From Acidobacteriota bacterium (GTDB lineage: Bacteria; Acidobacteriota; Thermoanaerobaculia; Gp7-AA8), in NCBI GenBank assembly GCA_019244185.1, contig JAFATB010000006.1:512001-576000 (forward strand): DNA of 64,000 nt, written 5' to 3'. Below the pieces are notes generated by a model. The model made no database searches. It was not told the origin of the DNA and saw only the letters and a list, made by a program, of their open reading frames with translations. Position 1 is the first letter of the stretch, and every line of letters begins with the position of its first letter. Made by a program: the position numbers and the translations under genes. This document shows, one piece after another, positions 61,901 through 64,000 of this stretch.

Positions 61901-63000
61901 AGCGCGATGAAGCGGCGCTGCGCGAATCGCAGGCGCAGTTCCACGCCATCGCCAACGTCGTTCCCGATCTGCTCTGGATGAGCGAGCCGTCCGGCGAGAC
62001 GACCTGGTACAACGACCGCTGGCTCGCGTACACCGGGCAGAGCCGCGAACAGGCGCGAGGCTGGGGCTGGACGGAGGCGATCCATCCCGAGGATCGCGCG
62101 CGCTCGGTCGAGCAGTACGCGCGTGCCGTCGCCGAGGCGCGGCCGCTGCAGCAGGAGCATCGCATCCGCGGCGCATCGGGCGAGTACCGCTGGTTCCTCA
62201 TCAACGCCGCGCCGCTGCGCGATCACCAGGGACGCGTGATCCGCTACTACGCCGCCGCGACCGACCTGCACGCGCAACGCATGGCGCGCGAGGAGCTCGA
62301 GGAGCGCGTCCGCGAGCGAACGCAGGCGCTGCTCGATCTCAGCTTGAACCGCCAGCAACTCCTCGAACGGCTCGTCACGGCGGCCGAGGAAGAGCGGCAG
62401 CGCATCGCGCGCGAGCTGCACGACGAGATGGGCCAGCACATCACCGCGCTGCGTGTCGGGCTCGAGTCGCTGAAGCCGCGCGACGAACGCATCACGGAGC
62501 TGAAAGCGATCATCACGCGCATCGATCAGAGCATCGACCGGCTCACGCTGGAACTGCGTCCGCCGGCGCTCGATCAGCTCGGACTGCACGGCGCGATCTC
62601 TTCGCTGGCGGACGAGTTCTCCGCCGCGAGCGGCATTCGCGTCGCCGTCCACCTCGGCATCGGCGACGGCGACCGCTTCTCCGACGCGATCGAGAGCACG
62701 CTCTACCGCGTCGTGCAGGAGTCGCTCACGAACGTCTGGAAGCACGCCGCGGCGACGACCGTCAGCGTGATTCTCGAGCGCGAGCGCGACATCCTGCGGC
62801 TCATCGTCGAAGACAACGGACGCGGGTTCGACGCGGCGCCTTCCGGTGATGGCGTCGCGCCGCGCGGACGCTTCGGACTGCTCGGCATCCGCGAGCGTCT
62901 GGCGCTCGTGCGCGGCACGCTCGACCTCGAGTCGCAGCCCGGCAGCGGCACGACGATGTTCGCGCGCGTGCCGCTCCCGGAAACGGAGAGCGCGGGATGA
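58990..63000 (+). CDS. CheB-CheR-PAS-histidine kinase (HisKA_3) fusion
   Basis: GGSAG/HLSP/GSDG (CheB); ISVTNFFRD, GCATGEEAYS, ISCRNLLIY (CheR); NEELQ coiled-coil repeats; several PAS domains; RIARELHDEMGQ, DNGRGF, FGLLGIRER. Confidence 0.92.
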   Translation: MSERETIGTEPGEDTAQKKFLVVGVGGSAGAIASFREFFRHVPSTSGMAYVVILHLSPEYDSHLAEVLQAVARIPVVQVRTSVHVEPDRVYVIPPNKSLEMNDGQLIVSSVTSYEERRAPIDIFFRTLADTHDSSAVCVVMSGSGSDGSMGLRRVKEYNGLVLVQDPAEAAFGEMPRNCIATGLVDFVVPVADMPQRILHYRDQLRTLSVPDDTKERPEDDEQALTEVFTLLRLRTGHDFTNYKRPTVLRRIERRMAVRDVDTLPAYAAFLRERHEEAHALLAELLISVTNFFRDREVWEKVELNILPKLLASKRAEDHLRVWVPGCATGEEAYSIAMLLAEKAPPNLQIFATDLDEHAIARARDGWYSDTEVADVPPERLRRFFLKDGAGYRVRRELREIVLFAHHNLIKDPPFSHLDFISCRNLLIYLNRGAQQRALEVMHFALEPDGYLLLGTAEAVDGSPSLYSLVDKEAHVYRARAVERAMLLPPLPRAIAPIDTPALLATDVTPPELKARDRFAPIDLHHRLLEEYAAPSVVVDDQYNIVHLSERAGRYLQFPRGEATSNVLNVVRQELRIDLRSALFQAAQKRTIVAARNVVAHTSDREERIDLVVRPALTADDPARGFFLILFEEANRGTEMPAHEATAVEPGTRQLDEELLRVKAQMRATIEQYEVQAEEARAANEELQAMNEELRSTAEELETSQEELQSVNEELQTVNQELKVKIDEISHASDDLRNLMSSTDIGTIFVDRALRVKLFTPGAREVFNLISADVGRPLSDITHKLDIDGLGDAMARVLERLQTIEQEVQTRDGAWYLMRLLPYRTSEDRIDGVVLTFLDITERHKAEAALRRTEERYRTLFVSMDEGYAVVEVMANADGAWSDFRFLEVNPAFEKQSGMHNAAGRTATEILGTPNPRWAQIYGKVAESGEPSRFEETEPVLGRTFDLYAFRLGDPHNHRVAVLFMDITRRKRDEAALRESQAQFHAIANVVPDLLWMSEPSGETTWYNDRWLAYTGQSREQARGWGWTEAIHPEDRARSVEQYARAVAEARPLQQEHRIRGASGEYRWFLINAAPLRDHQGRVIRYYAAATDLHAQRMAREELEERVRERTQALLDLSLNRQQLLERLVTAAEEERQRIARELHDEMGQHITALRVGLESLKPRDERITELKAIITRIDQSIDRLTLELRPPALDQLGLHGAISSLADEFSAASGIRVAVHLGIGDGDRFSDAIESTLYRVVQESLTNVWKHAAATTVSVILERERDILRLIVEDNGRGFDAAPSGDGVAPRGRFGLLGIRERLALVRGTLDLESQPGSGTTMFARVPLPETESAG

Positions 63001-63644
63001 CGAAGACCCGCGTGTTTCTTCTGGACGACCACGCGGTCCTGCGCCAGGGCTTGCGCCTCTTGATCGATGCGCAGGCGGACATGCAGGTGATCGGCGAGGC
63101 CGCGCGCGGACGCGGCGCGGCGGATGCCGTCACGCGCGCCGGCGGTGCCGACGTCGTCGTGCTCGACCTCTCGCTCCCCGATGCGAGCGGACCGGCCGTG
63201 GCCGCCGAGCTGCGCGCGGCGTTGCCGGAGACGAAGGTCGTCGTGCTCACGCGTCACGCGGAGAAGGCGTACGTCCAACAGGTCCTGCAGAACGGCGCGA
63301 GCGGCTACGTGCTCAAGCAGACCGCCGGCGACGAGCTCGTCTCCGCGATCCGCACCGTGCTCTCCGGCGGCACGTATCTCGACCCGACCGTGGCGGGCAA
63401 GATGTTCGAGTCGGGAACGGCGATCCGCGGTGCGGCGAGCGACGAGCTCACCGCGCGCGAGCGCGAGGTGCTGACGATGGTGGCGTACGGACATACGAAC
63501 AAGGAGATCGCCGCCGTCCTCGGTATCACCGTCAAGACCGTCGAGACGCACAAGGCCAACGGTATGCAGAAGCTCGACATCGGAAGCCGCGCCGATCTCG
63601 TGCGCTACGCGCTGAGCCAGGGCTGGCTCGAGCGGCCGGCCTGA
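62997..63644 (+). CDS. NarL/FixJ family response regulator
   Basis: DDHAVLRQGL, VLDLSLP, GYVLK, LTAREREVL..TNKEIA..KTVETH. Confidence 0.93.
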   Translation: MTKTRVFLLDDHAVLRQGLRLLIDAQADMQVIGEAARGRGAADAVTRAGGADVVVLDLSLPDASGPAVAAELRAALPETKVVVLTRHAEKAYVQQVLQNGASGYVLKQTAGDELVSAIRTVLSGGTYLDPTVAGKMFESGTAIRGAASDELTAREREVLTMVAYGHTNKEIAAVLGITVKTVETHKANGMQKLDIGSRADLVRYALSQGWLERPA

Positions 63645-63646
63645 CG

Positions 63647-64000
63647 TCAGTGACTGCGCGCGTAGGCCGGCAGCGGCGCGGGCGCGCCTGCGAGCTCCGC
63701 CGCCGCGCGCGCGGCACCGAGCAGCACCGCCGCGCGCTTGCGGTCGCGCTCGAGCTGCGCCGCCGCATACAACACGTTCGCGAGCTCGAGCGTCGTGCGC
63801 CGCATCTCGTTTCCGAGCAGCAGCTCGTGCATCGTGCGCGACTCGCTTCCCAGCAACGCGCGCAGCTTCGGCACGCTGCGGAGGAAACGCTCCACGCGCG
63901 CGACGTTCACCGTCGCCGCGCTTCCCTCTTCGAGATCGGCGCCGCGGTGGCTTCCGCGCACGCGATGCTGCCGCGACTGCTCGCTGCAACGGCGCACCGC
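63647..64000 (-). CDS. hypothetical protein (possibly 5' partial)
   Basis: Frame open to the window edge, stop 2 bp from the regulator stop; no recognised motif. Confidence 0.45.
   Translation of the reverse strand, partial: AVRRCSEQSRQHRVRGSHRGADLEEGSAATVNVARVERFLRSVPKLRALLGSESRTMHELLLGNEMRRTTLELANVLYAAAQLERDRKRAAVLLGAARAAAELAGAPAPLPAYARSH

Overview
High-GC bacterial chromosomal segment. The gene families and secreted-protein repertoire suggest Acidobacteriota, probably Thermoanaerobaculia (inference). Left part (1-20 kb): a TPR/Zn-finger membrane protein, a DUF4388-MshEN-pseudopilin fusion, asnB, small lipoproteins, a GT-C glycosyltransferase, clpB with an HspR-type HAIR operator, a two-subunit class I fumarase, aspartase, thpR, rlmN, an HhH-GPD glycosylase abutting tRNA-Cys, and a B12-radical SAM enzyme. 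Middle (20-43 kb): a phosphate-starvation supercluster with phoR-phoB-phoU-pstBAC, two pstS, a porin, a TonB receptor with beta-helix, CHRD and TPR genes, ppx, an OlsF-like acyltransferase, DUF4388, a metallophosphoesterase and ppk1. Several of its promoters share an 11-bp-periodic CTT(T/C)AC motif. Right part (43-64 kb): a potassium cluster with split KdpD, kdpE, porin, two micropeptides, kdpABC and a KimA-like transporter. It is interrupted by a direct-repeat-flanked yefM-yoeB module and an 18 x 21-bp tandem array. A CheB / CheB-CheR-PAS kinase / NarL module follows. Many genes look leaderless. No CRISPR, integrase, transposase or rRNA was seen. All calls come from motif reading by eye; no searches were run.
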